From Spirochaetaceae bacterium (GTDB lineage Bacteria; Spirochaetota; Spirochaetia; DSM-2461), in assembly GCA_965224705.1 (NCBI GenBank), contig OZ245056.1, positions 2,560,001 to 2,624,000 of the forward strand: a DNA stretch of 64,000 nucleotides. Direction: 5' to 3'. Position numbers and translations under genes: made by a program. Shown piece by piece: positions 10,098-20,800 of the stretch (position 1 is its first letter; every line of letters starts with the position of its first letter). A model generated the notes under the pieces. The model searched no databases. It saw only the letters and a list, made by a program, of their open reading frames with translations, and had not been told where the DNA came from.

Positions 10098-11465
10098 TCA
10101 CCGGCAGAATGATTCTAATTTCTCCGCGCAGCGATTCAACGTCTTCTCAAGTCGATGAAGGAGCATATCTGTTTCTTCGCGAGTGATATTTATTGGCGGA
10201 GCCAGGAGGAAGTGATCGCCGAGATTTCCCGGAGCTGATTCACCGCCGGGGTAGAGTACAATGCCTTCTTCCAGACCAATTTCCATCACAAGCTGACTGG
10301 CATTGATTGAGGCGTCAAATGGTTCCTTTGACTCTTTGTTTTTGACTAATTCAACACCAACCATCAATCCTTTGCCTCGAATGTCTCCAATCACAGGATT
10401 GTCGGCCAGGCTCTTCATCTTCAAAATAAGGTATTCTCCCTGAATCGCCGAGTTTTTAACATACTCTTCACGCTCAATGATTTCCAGCACCTTATGTGCA
10501 ATACCGCATGAGAGAGGATTGCCGGCAAAGGTGTAGCCGTGAACAAACACTCCCGATCCCTTGAGCATGATTGTATCAAAAACTTTGTCAGAAGCAACAG
10601 CGGCACCAATGGGGGTGTAGCCGCAGGATAAACCCTTGGCTAAAGTCATTATATCGGCCTGAACATCATAATGGTTGGAGCCGAATTTCTTGCCAGTACG
10701 GCCAATTCCGGACATCACCTCATCAATGATCAGGAGAATATCATACCTATCACAGATTTCTCTCACCATATCAAAGTAGATTTTTGTAGGATGGGCTCCG
10801 GGAGCGGCAGCCCCTACAACGGGCTCGGTAATAAATGCCGAAACAGTATCAGGATCCTGATTAATGATTTCTTCTTCAAGGACCTGTGCCGCTTTGATAC
10901 TGGTTTCTTCCAGTGTTTTACAGTTCCAGGGATTTCGATAGTGGTAGAACTGTTGTATTTGAGGAAACCCAACATTCAATATGGGGCCAAAAGGGCGGCG
11001 GCGGCCCCATACACCGGTCAGGGAGAGGGCTCCCAGTGTGCTCCCATGGTAGGCATTCCACTTTGAGATAATTTTCCATTTCTTTGAATTGATTCCATTG
11101 CGTTCCACAAAGTATTGCCGGGCCATTTTAAGAGCGGTCTCAATGGCTTCCGATCCACCGGAAACAAAGTAAACATGATCAAGGGACCCAGGAGTCCAGC
11201 TCGATAATTTTTCCGCACAGTTCTCAATGGAGTCCACTGTCCATCTGGAAAGATGGGTGTAGGCAATTCTTTCTATGTGCTCTTTAGCATAGGCAGCAAT
11301 TTCTTTGTTGCCATGGCCAATATTCGCAACCGCCGCCCCCGAACATGCATCAATGTATGAATTGCCTGAATCATCAAACAGGTGAATGCCTTTACCGTGT
11401 GTGATCCTCGGGTAACTCCAATTCTGATTCCGATAGAATACATTATTCTCAGGAGCTTGTTTCAT
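10098..11465 (-). CDS. Class III (omega/beta-type) PLP aminotransferase
   Basis: YIDACSG, SGGSEA, YHGST, EPVVG, IDEVMSGIGRTG, LAKGL, HGYTFAGNP. Start placed at ATG 11465 because the longer ORF start lies inside MITE-A copy 3. Confidence 0.92.
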   Translation of the reverse strand: MKQAPENNVFYRNQNWSYPRITHGKGIHLFDDSGNSYIDACSGAAVANIGHGNKEIAAYAKEHIERIAYTHLSRWTVDSIENCAEKLSSWTPGSLDHVYFVSGGSEAIETALKMARQYFVERNGINSKKWKIISKWNAYHGSTLGALSLTGVWGRRRPFGPILNVGFPQIQQFYHYRNPWNCKTLEETSIKAAQVLEEEIINQDPDTVSAFITEPVVGAAAPGAHPTKIYFDMVREICDRYDILLIIDEVMSGIGRTGKKFGSNHYDVQADIMTLAKGLSCGYTPIGAAVASDKVFDTIMLKGSGVFVHGYTFAGNPLSCGIAHKVLEIIEREEYVKNSAIQGEYLILKMKSLADNPVIGDIRGKGLMVGVELVKNKESKEPFDASINASQLVMEIGLEEGIVLYPGGESAPGNLGDHFLLAPPINITREETDMLLHRLEKTLNRCAEKLESFCR

Positions 11466-11484
11466 AAATCTGGTTTTCTGCCAG

Positions 11485-11645
11485 GAGTCTGTCGAACTTT
11501 GAGACTTCGAGGCGATTTTTGATAATTTTTTCCTGATGCAAGGCGACAAAAACGGAGCGTAGCTGGGCTACGTGAGTATTTTGGTAACGCAGCAGCAGGG
11601 CAAAAGGGCAAAAATCGAGCCGTGAGGCGTAAGTCCGACAGGCTC
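11485..11645 (+). mobile_element. MITE-A copy 3 (161 nt)
   Basis: TIRs; flanks CCAG/CTAG. The CTAG contains the stop codon of the 11646-12290 gene. Confidence 0.9.
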
Positions 11646-12290
11646 CTAGTTCTCAGGAGCATTCAATTGCTCTCCTTGATTTTCGGGAGGTAGTTTATTC
11701 CCTGTTGAACCTGCATTTTCCCTGTCGCTGCTGTTGCCGAATTTCATTATTTCCCCCGTATAGGGGCTGTATATGTAATCCGGATTAAACTTATTGCCGT
11801 TTGAATCAATTTTGAAGCTGCCGATATCAGGTCCAAATTCAATGGCAGTAATTGATTTACTCCAGATTCGGTTGCTTACCAGTTCGTTGTTAACAGGATC
11901 AGATTTCTTATACACTATGTATTTGTCATCCCGTTTAAAGAGACTGTCTGGATTGGCTATAATCATGTATTCCTTGCTGCCTGTATCATTGGCGGCCAGT
12001 ATTTCAGGTCTTAAAACAATTTTTCCTTCAAGCCACCATTCTTCTTCATTATCCCATTTGGTGATTTCCAACCGCTTTATATCGTTAATCACTATATTGC
12101 TTTTAACACGTTCCCCATCATCCAGTATTATAGTAACGTTCCATTTTTTGCCGAAGTTGGCGAGGATTTCGTCTACTTTGATGACTTTGGATTTGCTTGT
12201 ATAGATCACAGCTCTGCCTCTATCTTCCAATCCATATACATGCAGTGCAAGAACACCAGTAAGAAGTAGCAGCATAGTATTTCTTTTCAT
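11646..12290 (-). CDS. Hypothetical exported protein
   Basis: 214-aa ORF, signal peptide-like N-terminus, GGAGG RBS upstream; no recognised family. Confidence 0.7.
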   Translation of the reverse strand: MKRNTMLLLLTGVLALHVYGLEDRGRAVIYTSKSKVIKVDEILANFGKKWNVTIILDDGERVKSNIVINDIKRLEITKWDNEEEWWLEGKIVLRPEILAANDTGSKEYMIIANPDSLFKRDDKYIVYKKSDPVNNELVSNRIWSKSITAIEFGPDIGSFKIDSNGNKFNPDYIYSPYTGEIMKFGNSSDRENAGSTGNKLPPENQGEQLNAPEN

Positions 12291-12540
12291 ATAGAGCCTC
12301 CGCCTGTCCCAAAGTATTTCATATAATTAAACATCAAGTTTATGATTGTCAAGATTGCTACCATAGATTATCGACGATTAATGCTATTGTGATAACCCGT
12401 TTTTATTTCAGTTCCAGTTGTACCAGGATATTCCAGGAGGACGACTCCATGGGACACCAGAATCCTTTTTTGCTTTCATCAGGAGAAAGTTGTATTTCAC
12501 CGGTCTTTTCATGATCGACTGGTTCTGGCATACTTCGCTC

Positions 12541-13020
12541 ATGTACCGAATTATGTTCATTTGCACCGGCAACATTTGCCGGAGTCCTCTTGCCCATGGT
12601 CTGATGGAAAAACTGATTAAGGATAATGATCTGGAATCTCATTTCTTTGTTGAATCGAGCGGCACTGATGCCTGGCATTCTGGTGAACAGGTCGATTCCC
12701 GAATGAGGGAAACAGCGAAACGACATGGTGTACACCTGAATCATTATTCGCGTCAGTTTGTTCAATCGGATCTTTCTGATTATGATTTACTTCTCGTCAT
12801 GGATCGTGGTCACTACCGGGAAGCAGCGAGGAAGGCAGGAAATCCAGTGAAGCTGAAAAAAATTGTAATGTTTCGAGATTTTGATCCTCAGGGACCGGGG
12901 GATGTGCCGGATCCATGGTATGGGGATATGGATGGTTTTGAAGAAGTATGGATGATTACTGAGAGAACCTGTCATGCCCTCTTCAAGGAACTCAGGCAGA
13001 AAGTCGTATCAAACGGGTAG
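12541..13020 (+). CDS. Low-molecular-weight protein tyrosine phosphatase
   Basis: FICTGNICRS active-site loop, DVPDPWYG; start at ATG 12541. Confidence 0.95.
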   Translation: MYRIMFICTGNICRSPLAHGLMEKLIKDNDLESHFFVESSGTDAWHSGEQVDSRMRETAKRHGVHLNHYSRQFVQSDLSDYDLLLVMDRGHYREAARKAGNPVKLKKIVMFRDFDPQGPGDVPDPWYGDMDGFEEVWMITERTCHALFKELRQKVVSNG

Positions 13021-13116
13021 TTTCATTGCCTGAAATTCCTTGACTGCTTCGCTCCTTGTAGCTGAAAGAATTAAAAGGGTCTTTATCTGATTGTTCCAAA
13101 AAAATATACTGATGAA

Positions 13117-14328
13117 ATGAAATCTGGGAAAATTCAATTATATTCTATCGTTTTCGTCATATCTCTTCTCGTTCTAATCCTGCTCCTTGGGTTTGGGATA
13201 ATCAGTTTTGATTCAGGCCGGAATGAAGAAGCTTCCCGAAGCCTGCCGGTTTCAGGCTCCCCTGATTTTGAATTTCAGGAAAGTGAAATTGACACCGTAG
13301 CCAATACTCCTTTGACAGAGAACTACACCCAGGATGAAATTGAGAATATTGCAGTCTATGACAAACTGAATGAGGGCGTTGTCAACATCACAACGGAGGT
13401 GATGGGCTATAACTGGTTTCTGGAGCCAGTCCCCAGGGAAGGTTCATCGGGTTCTGGTTCCATCATTGATGTTCGGGGATACATACTGACCAATAACCAT
13501 GTCGTGGAAAAAGCCTATAAGGTTAATGTTACTCTTGCTGATGGGGAAACTTTTGAAGGTGAGGTTATTGGCTCAGATCAGGAAAACGATCTGGCCGTTG
13601 TGAAAATCGATCCGGGGAACCACAGGGTGACGACAATCCCGTTTGGAAAATCATCGGGACTGAAAGTTGGCCAGAAAGTATTGGCTATCGGGAATCCATT
13701 CGCCTTTGAACGCACTCTCACAACCGGCATCATTTCCGGACTCGGACGGCCCCTTAAAAATGACAGAGGCATTGTTCTCCAGGATCTCATTCAAACCGAT
13801 GCATCGATTAATCCCGGCAATTCAGGGGGGCCATTACTCAATGCCCGTGGAGAGCTTATTGGTGTTAATACAATGATTTATACACCATCGGGAGGGTCTG
13901 TTGGCATTGGATTCGCTGTTCCTGTTGATACGGCCTTGAGAATCGTTCCCGATCTTATTGAATATGGATATGTACGACGCGGCTGGATTGACATAGAGCC
14001 AGTCCAACTGTTTCCTTCCCTGGTCCGTTATGCGAGATTAAGTGTGGACCAGGGGATTCTTGTCTCACGGGTTAAGGCTGGCGGCAATGCTGAATCGGCC
14101 GGTATACAGGGGGGGAAAACCAACAGAGCTGTACGAAGCGGTTCCACAGTTATCTATCTGGGGGGGGATATCATTGTTGGTATTAATGGTGAAAACATCA
14201 CTTCTCTGGGTGATCTTTATGTGGCGCTGGAACGCTCCCGACCCGGGAATGAGGTAACGGTAAACCTGATCAGGGGAAGAAAGAGAATTGATGTTGACTT
14301 GATATTGTCGAATCGAAATGGAAGTTGA
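13117..14328 (+). CDS. htrA: HtrA/DegP-family serine protease with one PDZ domain
   Basis: TNNHVV, DLAV, IQTDASINPGNSGGPL, C-terminal PDZ (GDIIVGING); N-terminal TM. Confidence 0.93.
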   Translation: MKSGKIQLYSIVFVISLLVLILLLGFGIISFDSGRNEEASRSLPVSGSPDFEFQESEIDTVANTPLTENYTQDEIENIAVYDKLNEGVVNITTEVMGYNWFLEPVPREGSSGSGSIIDVRGYILTNNHVVEKAYKVNVTLADGETFEGEVIGSDQENDLAVVKIDPGNHRVTTIPFGKSSGLKVGQKVLAIGNPFAFERTLTTGIISGLGRPLKNDRGIVLQDLIQTDASINPGNSGGPLLNARGELIGVNTMIYTPSGGSVGIGFAVPVDTALRIVPDLIEYGYVRRGWIDIEPVQLFPSLVRYARLSVDQGILVSRVKAGGNAESAGIQGGKTNRAVRSGSTVIYLGGDIIVGINGENITSLGDLYVALERSRPGNEVTVNLIRGRKRIDVDLILSNRNGS

Positions 14329-14329
14329 G

Positions 14330-16318
14330 ATGGTCGGGAAATTCAGGACCGAAGCACCTTTTGAACCGACAGGAGATCAGCCATCGGCCATTGAAACGCT
14401 TTCTGAAGGTTTGATGTCCGGTATTAGCAATCAAACTCTACTGGGAGTAACTGGTTCCGGGAAAACCTACACAATGGCAAAAACCATTGAGAAGGTTCAA
14501 TTGCCGGCACTTGTTATCTGCCATAATAAAACTCTTGCGGCTCAACTCTACAGGGAATTCAAGGAATTCTTTCCTGACAATGCGGTGGAATATTTTGTTT
14601 CCTATTTTGATTACTATCAGCCGGAAGCCTATCTTCCATCCCGCGATCTCTACATTGAGAAGGATTCCAGTGTCAATGAAGAAATTGAGCGGATGCGACT
14701 TTCAGCCACCATGAGTCTCATGGAAAGAAACGATGTGATCATTGTTGCGACGGTGTCCTGTATTTACGGTTTGGGCAGTACGGAGACCTACAGGGACATG
14801 GTTTTGGAAATCCACTCCGGCGATGAGATTGATGTCCATAAATTTCGCATGGAACTGGTGAACATGCAGTATCAGCGCAATGATTCTGTTCTTGAACGTG
14901 GAAAATTCCGCATACGGGGGGATGTCATTGAGATCTATCCAGCCAACCTCGACAAAATCGCTTACAGGATAAGCCTTGATTTTGACCGGGTGGATGGAAT
15001 TGATAGAATCCACACTGTAACCGGAGAGGTAATCGAACCCCTTGAAATGACTAAAATCTATGCGGCCAAGCATTTTGTGATGCCCGAAAAACGTGTTGAA
15101 ATTGCGGTGAATACCATACAGAAAGAGCTGGAAGATCGATTGGAAACTCTGGAGGTTCAGGGAAAAACAATGGAAGCCCAGCGTCTTAAAACACGGGTGG
15201 AATATGACCTGGAGATGCTTGCTGAGATGGGTTATTGCTCCGGTATAGAGAATTACAGCCGTCACCTTACAGGGCGTATGCCTGGAGAACAACCGGAAGT
15301 TCTTCTTGATTACTTCCCTGAAAGATTTATCACATTTGTCGATGAATCCCATGTTACTTTGTCGCAGATAAGGGCAATGTATGCCGGAGATAGATCTCGA
15401 AAACTCAATCTGGTTGATTTTGGTTTCCGCCTGCCATCGGCCCTCGATAACAGACCTCTGGTTTACGATGAATTCGAGCGTCAGCTTGATAAGGTTGTGT
15501 ATGTTTCTGCAACTCCCGGCAGAGAAGAAAGGGAGAAGAGTCAGGTTATTGTTGAGCAATTGATCCGTCCTACCGGGTTGCTTGATCCGCCCATAGAGGT
15601 GAGGTCAAGTCAGGGACAGATCGAAGATCTCTACGGAGAGATCCAGAACAGTATTGAACGAGATGAGCGGGTACTGGTTACCACTCTTACGAAAAGGATG
15701 GCCGAGGAATTAACTGATTATCTTAACGGTTCTGGTTTGAGAGCAAGGTATCTGCACAGTGAGGTGGAAACCATTGAAAGAGTTGAAATCATACGCGATC
15801 TCCGCAGGGGATTATTCAATGTTCTGGTAGGAATCAATTTGCTCCGGGAGGGACTGGATATACCCGAAGTGGCACTGGTCGCCATAATAGATGCGGATAA
15901 AATTGGGTTTCTCCGCAGCGAGACAAGTCTAATACAGACAATTGGCCGTACAGCCAGAAATGTCAATGGAAAAGTGATAATGTATGCGGACGATATGAGC
16001 GAAGCGATGAAGAATGCCATCGTAGAAACCGACAGGCGGCGGAGCATTCAAACAGCCTATAATGAAGCGAATGGCATCACTCCCCAATCCATCCGTAAAG
16101 AGATACAGGACATCCTTGTACGTAAAAGTGAGAGCAAACGTAAAGCTGAGCAGATGAGCATTGATGTGATGAAGGAATCCACCAATCTTCTGGACCTCAA
16201 ACAGAAAAAACGTTTAATAAAAGCTCTTGAAAACGAGATGACAGAACGGGCGAGGAATCTGGAATACGAAGAAGCCGCTGTTCTCAGGGATGAAATCAAA
16301 AAACTACGGGAATCTTGA
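14330..16318 (+). CDS. uvrB: Excinuclease ABC subunit B
   Basis: PTGDQP, LGVTGSGKT, YFVSYFDYYQPEAY, DESH, GFRLPSA, C-terminal UVR (YEEAAVLRD). Start 14318 or 14330. Confidence 0.98.
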   Translation: MVGKFRTEAPFEPTGDQPSAIETLSEGLMSGISNQTLLGVTGSGKTYTMAKTIEKVQLPALVICHNKTLAAQLYREFKEFFPDNAVEYFVSYFDYYQPEAYLPSRDLYIEKDSSVNEEIERMRLSATMSLMERNDVIIVATVSCIYGLGSTETYRDMVLEIHSGDEIDVHKFRMELVNMQYQRNDSVLERGKFRIRGDVIEIYPANLDKIAYRISLDFDRVDGIDRIHTVTGEVIEPLEMTKIYAAKHFVMPEKRVEIAVNTIQKELEDRLETLEVQGKTMEAQRLKTRVEYDLEMLAEMGYCSGIENYSRHLTGRMPGEQPEVLLDYFPERFITFVDESHVTLSQIRAMYAGDRSRKLNLVDFGFRLPSALDNRPLVYDEFERQLDKVVYVSATPGREEREKSQVIVEQLIRPTGLLDPPIEVRSSQGQIEDLYGEIQNSIERDERVLVTTLTKRMAEELTDYLNGSGLRARYLHSEVETIERVEIIRDLRRGLFNVLVGINLLREGLDIPEVALVAIIDADKIGFLRSETSLIQTIGRTARNVNGKVIMYADDMSEAMKNAIVETDRRRSIQTAYNEANGITPQSIRKEIQDILVRKSESKRKAEQMSIDVMKESTNLLDLKQKKRLIKALENEMTERARNLEYEEAAVLRDEIKKLRES

Positions 16319-16695
16319 TCATTCAATTGGGTATGGCAGTCTTTTTATTTTTCATGATCAGTATGACATCCTGCAAACCGGAAAAACTCCCTGTCAATCT
16401 TGATCCCCCGCCAACACCTGTTCTCACCTCCCAGTCTATCTGGGGTGTTGTCAATAAACCCTACCTCAAACTCATGAAGAGTCCGAGCATGGAAACCGAT
16501 GTGACTGGAGTGTTGAGAAGGGGATATATTGCTCAGGTGATCACCAAGGTTGAAGATACAGATGGAAGCGGCTACTGGCTTGAAATCATTCTGCCCGAAT
16601 CTCAGATGAAGGGCTGGGTCAGAGATATTGATTTTGATGTCTACGACACCGAACCCCAGGCCAGGACAGCCCGGGAAGCTATGCTGGTAGAATAA
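16315..16695 (+). CDS. Small lipoprotein with SH3-like domain
   Basis: Hydrophobic leader ending MTSC; LRRG..W..GWV pattern; coupled between uvrB and hrpA. Confidence 0.7.
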   Translation: MIIQLGMAVFLFFMISMTSCKPEKLPVNLDPPPTPVLTSQSIWGVVNKPYLKLMKSPSMETDVTGVLRRGYIAQVITKVEDTDGSGYWLEIILPESQMKGWVRDIDFDVYDTEPQARTAREAMLVE

Positions 16696-19600
16696 GTGGC
16701 GGATAAGGTCATCCCCAAACCAGCATATCCTGAACACCTGCCCATAACTCAGTATCGTGAAGAAATCATTGATGCAATCCGTCAGCATCAGGTGATTATT
16801 CTCTCCGGTGAAACAGGCAGCGGAAAAACGACACAGATACCCAGGATGTGCATTGAGGCCCGGCGTGCTGTTCATGGTTTGATTGCCTGCACCCAGCCTC
16901 GTCGAATTGCAGCTCTGACAGTGGCGGAACGGATTGGAGAAGAACTGGGCAGTAAGAATCTTGTGGGCTGTAGAATTCGATTTCACAGTTCCTGTCAGCC
17001 TGAGAATATTGTCAGGATAATGACAGATGGCATCCTCCTGGCAGAAAACCAGAATAACCCTTCCCTGAGTCACTACAATACAATCATAATTGATGAGGCC
17101 CATGAACGTTCTCTGAACATTGATGTTTTACTGGGCATGACACGGCGATTGATAGACCGGCGAAAAGACTTGAAATTGATTATCACATCGGCCACCCTGG
17201 ATACGGAAAAGTTTTCTGAACATTTCAAACAGGCCCCCATTATTGAAGTGAGCGGTCGAACATTCCCGGTTGAGATACTGTACAAACCACCGGACAGCAA
17301 AACTTCCCTCAGCCTGACAGAACGAATAACTGCGGCAGTGCAGGATGTTTTGAACAGCAGCCGGAGCGGTGATATTCTGGTGTTTCTTCCAACAGAGCAG
17401 GATATAAGGGATACCATGGATCTGGTACGGAGGGAATATCCCGACCGGCTGAACATCCTTTCCCTCTTTGCCCGTATGCCGGCATCGGAACAGCGGAAAG
17501 TTTTTGAGACTGGAGGTAAACGCAAACTTGTCATTGCAACCAATATCGCTGAAACGTCTCTGACGATACCAGGAATACGCTATGTTATCGATTCAGGGAT
17601 TGCCCGGATCAGCCGCTACAATCCCGGTACCGGCACTCATGGACTGCCCGTCGATCCCATCTCCAGGGCCAGTGCGGATCAACGGGCAGGACGATGCGGG
17701 CGGGTTGAAAATGGCACCTGCATTCGCCTCTATTCAGAGGAGGATTACCTTGCCCGCCCCCGGTACACACTTCCTGAAATCAAAAGGACCAACCTTGCCG
17801 ATGTCATTCTGCGGCTCATTGATCTTGGTATAACCGACATAGAGAATTTCCCCTTTGTGGATCCTCCATCGACTGCCGGTATCAAAGACGGTCTGAGAAC
17901 ACTGATGGAAGTCGGTGCTCTTGTATCGACGAAGGACAAAAGTTTAACTCCCGATGGGAAAATGATGGCCCAACTGCCTATTGATCCCCGATTTGCTCGA
18001 ATGCTCATTCAGGCGGACAGGGAGAACTGTCTTGGCGATATCCTGCCCATTGTGGCGGCTTTGAGTTTGCAGGATCCCCGGGAAGTCTCACCGGAAAAAG
18101 CAGCCCAGGCGGAATCCGCTCATGCCGTATTCAAAAACGAGCATTCTGATTTCATTACCTGGCTGAATATATGGGATGGTTTCCGTACTCAATCGGGAAA
18201 GGGCGGCTTTTCAGCCAGACTCAAAAGGTATTGCCGGGAGCATTATCTCTCTTTCCGCCGAATGCGGGAATGGATGGATGTGCATCGTCAACTTGCTTTG
18301 ATGATGGAAGAGAACGGCTATCGGCCCAATCGCAGGAAGCCTGAACCATGGGTGGATAAAAAAGGCGGTTACACACAGCGGTATTCCAGTATTCACCGTT
18401 CCATTATCAGTGGCCTGCTTTCCCATCTTGCACGATTAGCCAATGACGGCAGTTATGAAGCAACCCGAAACAGAAAGGTGTACATACATCCGGGGTCAGG
18501 AACAAGGAAAACATCGGCAATGTGGATTGTTGCTTCTGAGGTGGTAAGAACATCCCGGCTCTTTGCCCGTTCTGTTGCCGCTGTTGATCCTCTATGGCTG
18601 GAAGAATTGGGAAAGCATTTGCTGACGAAGAAATGGATAAATCCACACTGGAACAATAAAACAGGATCCGTGATGGCCGAGGAACAATCCCGTCTGTTTG
18701 GATTTCTTGTTTCTGATGGAAAAATGGTGCCCTTTGGACCCGTTAACCCCCGGGAAGCCAGGGAGATCTTCATTAACAGTTTTCTTATTAATGCTGGCAG
18801 GGATTCCCGGGACTATGAGTTTTTGAAGAAGAACAGACGTCTCATACGCAATCTGGAATCAGTCGAATCCAAACTCCGCCGAAATGACTACATGGCTGGA
18901 GAGGACGCTCAGCTTGTATTTTATGATCAACGGCTTCCAGCAGAAGTTCTTGATGTCTCTACATTGAATACAGCCTTGAAAACAGATGGAAATCTGGAAT
19001 TCATCCTGTGCATGGAGGAAAAAGACCTCCTGACAGGCATTGATGTACAGGAAAAACTCCAGCAGTATCCAGATGAAGTGCAATTATCGGGTAAAAAATG
19101 GAGACTCACATATAATTTCAATCCTGGTTCCAAAAATGATGGCGTTACTTTAAAAATCCCATCAGGGCGACTTGCAGACATTGAACATGGGTCAATTGAC
19201 TGGAAGGTTCCGGGACTGCTCAGGGAGAAGATTGAAGCCATGCTGCGGAGTCTGCCCAAACACATTCGCCGCCAACTGTTTCCAATCGCAGAAACAGCAG
19301 AAAAAGCCTTCAAAAGCATGCCGCAGGTTGAGAATCTACAATATGCCCTGTCTTCCTGGCTGTACAAAGAATATGGAGTCGATATTCCCCATACAATGTG
19401 GGAAATGGACAAACTGCCGGACTATCTCAAAGTACGTTTCAGCTTATTGAACGATGCGGGCAGGGAAGTGGCATCGGGTTACAATCCCATGAAACTTGAA
19501 TCAGTGTCTCAAAACAGTCAACAGAAAAATGCAGCCTCCCAGAGTCCTTCCAGGGAGTACAGACGGAAATTTGAACGCAGCGGTTTGAAGGACTGGCCCG

Positions 19601-20439
19601 AAGATCTGCCCGAATCGGTGAATATTGGTAGAAACTCCCTCCTGTGGCCTGCCCTTAAGGATGATGGCGAATCCGTATCACTTCGTTTCTACGATTTCAA
19701 GTCTCTGGCAGAAAAAGAGCAGATAAAGGGTCAGCAGAGACTGGCTTCAATTTATTGGAAAAAAGAAATCAAAAGTTTTAGAGAACAATTATTTCTTGAG
19801 GATAAGGCCAGACAGACCGCCCTTTCCCAGGGTGGAGCCAGTCAGATGGAAGACCGGATCTGGCAAAGAGTCGTGATTGATGTATTTGCCTTTAAAATTG
19901 TACGGAAAAAGAAGGAATGGGTGTCCGTGTTACTCAGCGGCGGAAAACAGCTCTACTCTACGGCCATTGATTATTTCAAAACTATTTCCCTTATATTGAC
20001 CACCTGCCATGAAGTGGAAGAATACCTTCGAAAACTCAGTCGTAAGGGATACCGTCAGGATTTTTTGAAACTATGCATGAAAGATGCAAGAGCTATGATT
20101 TCCGGCCGTTTTATTGAAGATGGAATGCTCAAAGAATGGCATGCCATGCCCCGCTGGCTTAAGGCTGTTGAGGTGAGAGCCCGGCGAGGTGTTGAAAATC
20201 CGGCGAGGGAGAAGAGATTTCAGGATAGCTGGAGTCCCCTGAGGAGCCATTTTAAAGAAATTGCTGCGAATTTATCCGAGATGGCTTCCAGCGAAAAAAA
20301 AGATGCAGTTGCAGAAGCCGGGTATATGATGAAGGAACTTGAGCTGACTCTCTCCGCCAATGGTGAGATTCGGCCCCTGATAAGAATTTCCGGGAGTAAA
20401 ATGAAAAAGTTTCTGGAGGAGATTGAAAGAATGATCTAG
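16696..20439 (+). CDS. hrpA: ATP-dependent RNA helicase HrpA
   Basis: GETGSGKTTQ, TQPRRIAA, DEAHERS, SAT, ATNIAETS, QRAGRCGR, long DUF3418-like C-terminus. Confidence 0.95.
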   Translation: MADKVIPKPAYPEHLPITQYREEIIDAIRQHQVIILSGETGSGKTTQIPRMCIEARRAVHGLIACTQPRRIAALTVAERIGEELGSKNLVGCRIRFHSSCQPENIVRIMTDGILLAENQNNPSLSHYNTIIIDEAHERSLNIDVLLGMTRRLIDRRKDLKLIITSATLDTEKFSEHFKQAPIIEVSGRTFPVEILYKPPDSKTSLSLTERITAAVQDVLNSSRSGDILVFLPTEQDIRDTMDLVRREYPDRLNILSLFARMPASEQRKVFETGGKRKLVIATNIAETSLTIPGIRYVIDSGIARISRYNPGTGTHGLPVDPISRASADQRAGRCGRVENGTCIRLYSEEDYLARPRYTLPEIKRTNLADVILRLIDLGITDIENFPFVDPPSTAGIKDGLRTLMEVGALVSTKDKSLTPDGKMMAQLPIDPRFARMLIQADRENCLGDILPIVAALSLQDPREVSPEKAAQAESAHAVFKNEHSDFITWLNIWDGFRTQSGKGGFSARLKRYCREHYLSFRRMREWMDVHRQLALMMEENGYRPNRRKPEPWVDKKGGYTQRYSSIHRSIISGLLSHLARLANDGSYEATRNRKVYIHPGSGTRKTSAMWIVASEVVRTSRLFARSVAAVDPLWLEELGKHLLTKKWINPHWNNKTGSVMAEEQSRLFGFLVSDGKMVPFGPVNPREAREIFINSFLINAGRDSRDYEFLKKNRRLIRNLESVESKLRRNDYMAGEDAQLVFYDQRLPAEVLDVSTLNTALKTDGNLEFILCMEEKDLLTGIDVQEKLQQYPDEVQLSGKKWRLTYNFNPGSKNDGVTLKIPSGRLADIEHGSIDWKVPGLLREKIEAMLRSLPKHIRRQLFPIAETAEKAFKSMPQVENLQYALSSWLYKEYGVDIPHTMWEMDKLPDYLKVRFSLLNDAGREVASGYNPMKLESVSQNSQQKNAASQSPSREYRRKFERSGLKDWPEDLPESVNIGRNSLLWPALKDDGESVSLRFYDFKSLAEKEQIKGQQRLASIYWKKEIKSFREQLFLEDKARQTALSQGGASQMEDRIWQRVVIDVFAFKIVRKKKEWVSVLLSGGKQLYSTAIDYFKTISLILTTCHEVEEYLRKLSRKGYRQDFLKLCMKDARAMISGRFIEDGMLKEWHAMPRWLKAVEVRARRGVENPAREKRFQDSWSPLRSHFKEIAANLSEMASSEKKDAVAEAGYMMKELELTLSANGEIRPLIRISGSKMKKFLEEIERMI

Positions 20440-20520
20440 GAGTCTGTCGGCGGACAGGTCGCCTTGCATCAGGAAAAAATCATCAAAAATCGCCTCGAAG
20501 CCTTAAAGTCCGACAGACTC
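20440..20520 (-). mobile_element. MITE-A copy 4 (81-nt internally deleted form)
   Basis: Begins right after CTAG (hrpA stop); both TIR ends present, centre missing. Confidence 0.85.
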
Positions 20521-20521
20521 C

Positions 20522-20785
20522 CTGGGGGTTACCATAGGCGCCTTGAGTGTGGCCAAAGAACTCGCCGACGAGAAAGGTCACCCAACCATTGAAGATGAGG
20601 TAACGATATATGCCGGCGCAACCATCCTTGGCGGTGAAACCATTCTCGGCAAGGGTTCGGTCATCGGGGGTAACGTGTGGATTACCAGTTCAGTACCGCC
20701 TTTCTCTGTCATCCACAACAGGCCTGCAGATTATCGGGTGAAGAATCGATACGCTGAGGGGACAGCGGATAATTGGTCGATATAG
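20522..20785 (+). pseudogene. cysE: 3' fragment of serine O-acetyltransferase (CysE/EpsC-like)
   Basis: [42 protein letters not shown] is the LbH C-terminus. The N-terminal two thirds are absent and the fragment starts at the MITE end. Confidence 0.8.
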
Positions 20786-20800
20786 AGATGACCGCCTAAC

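Noticed and set aside
11466..11549. N-terminal extension of the aminotransferase ORF
   Set aside because: Derives from MITE-A sequence; family homology begins after ATG 11465.
11462..11662. ORFs 11462-11662 and 50759-50956 as genes
   Set aside because: They are the open frame of MITE-A, with no RBS; reported only as an element property.
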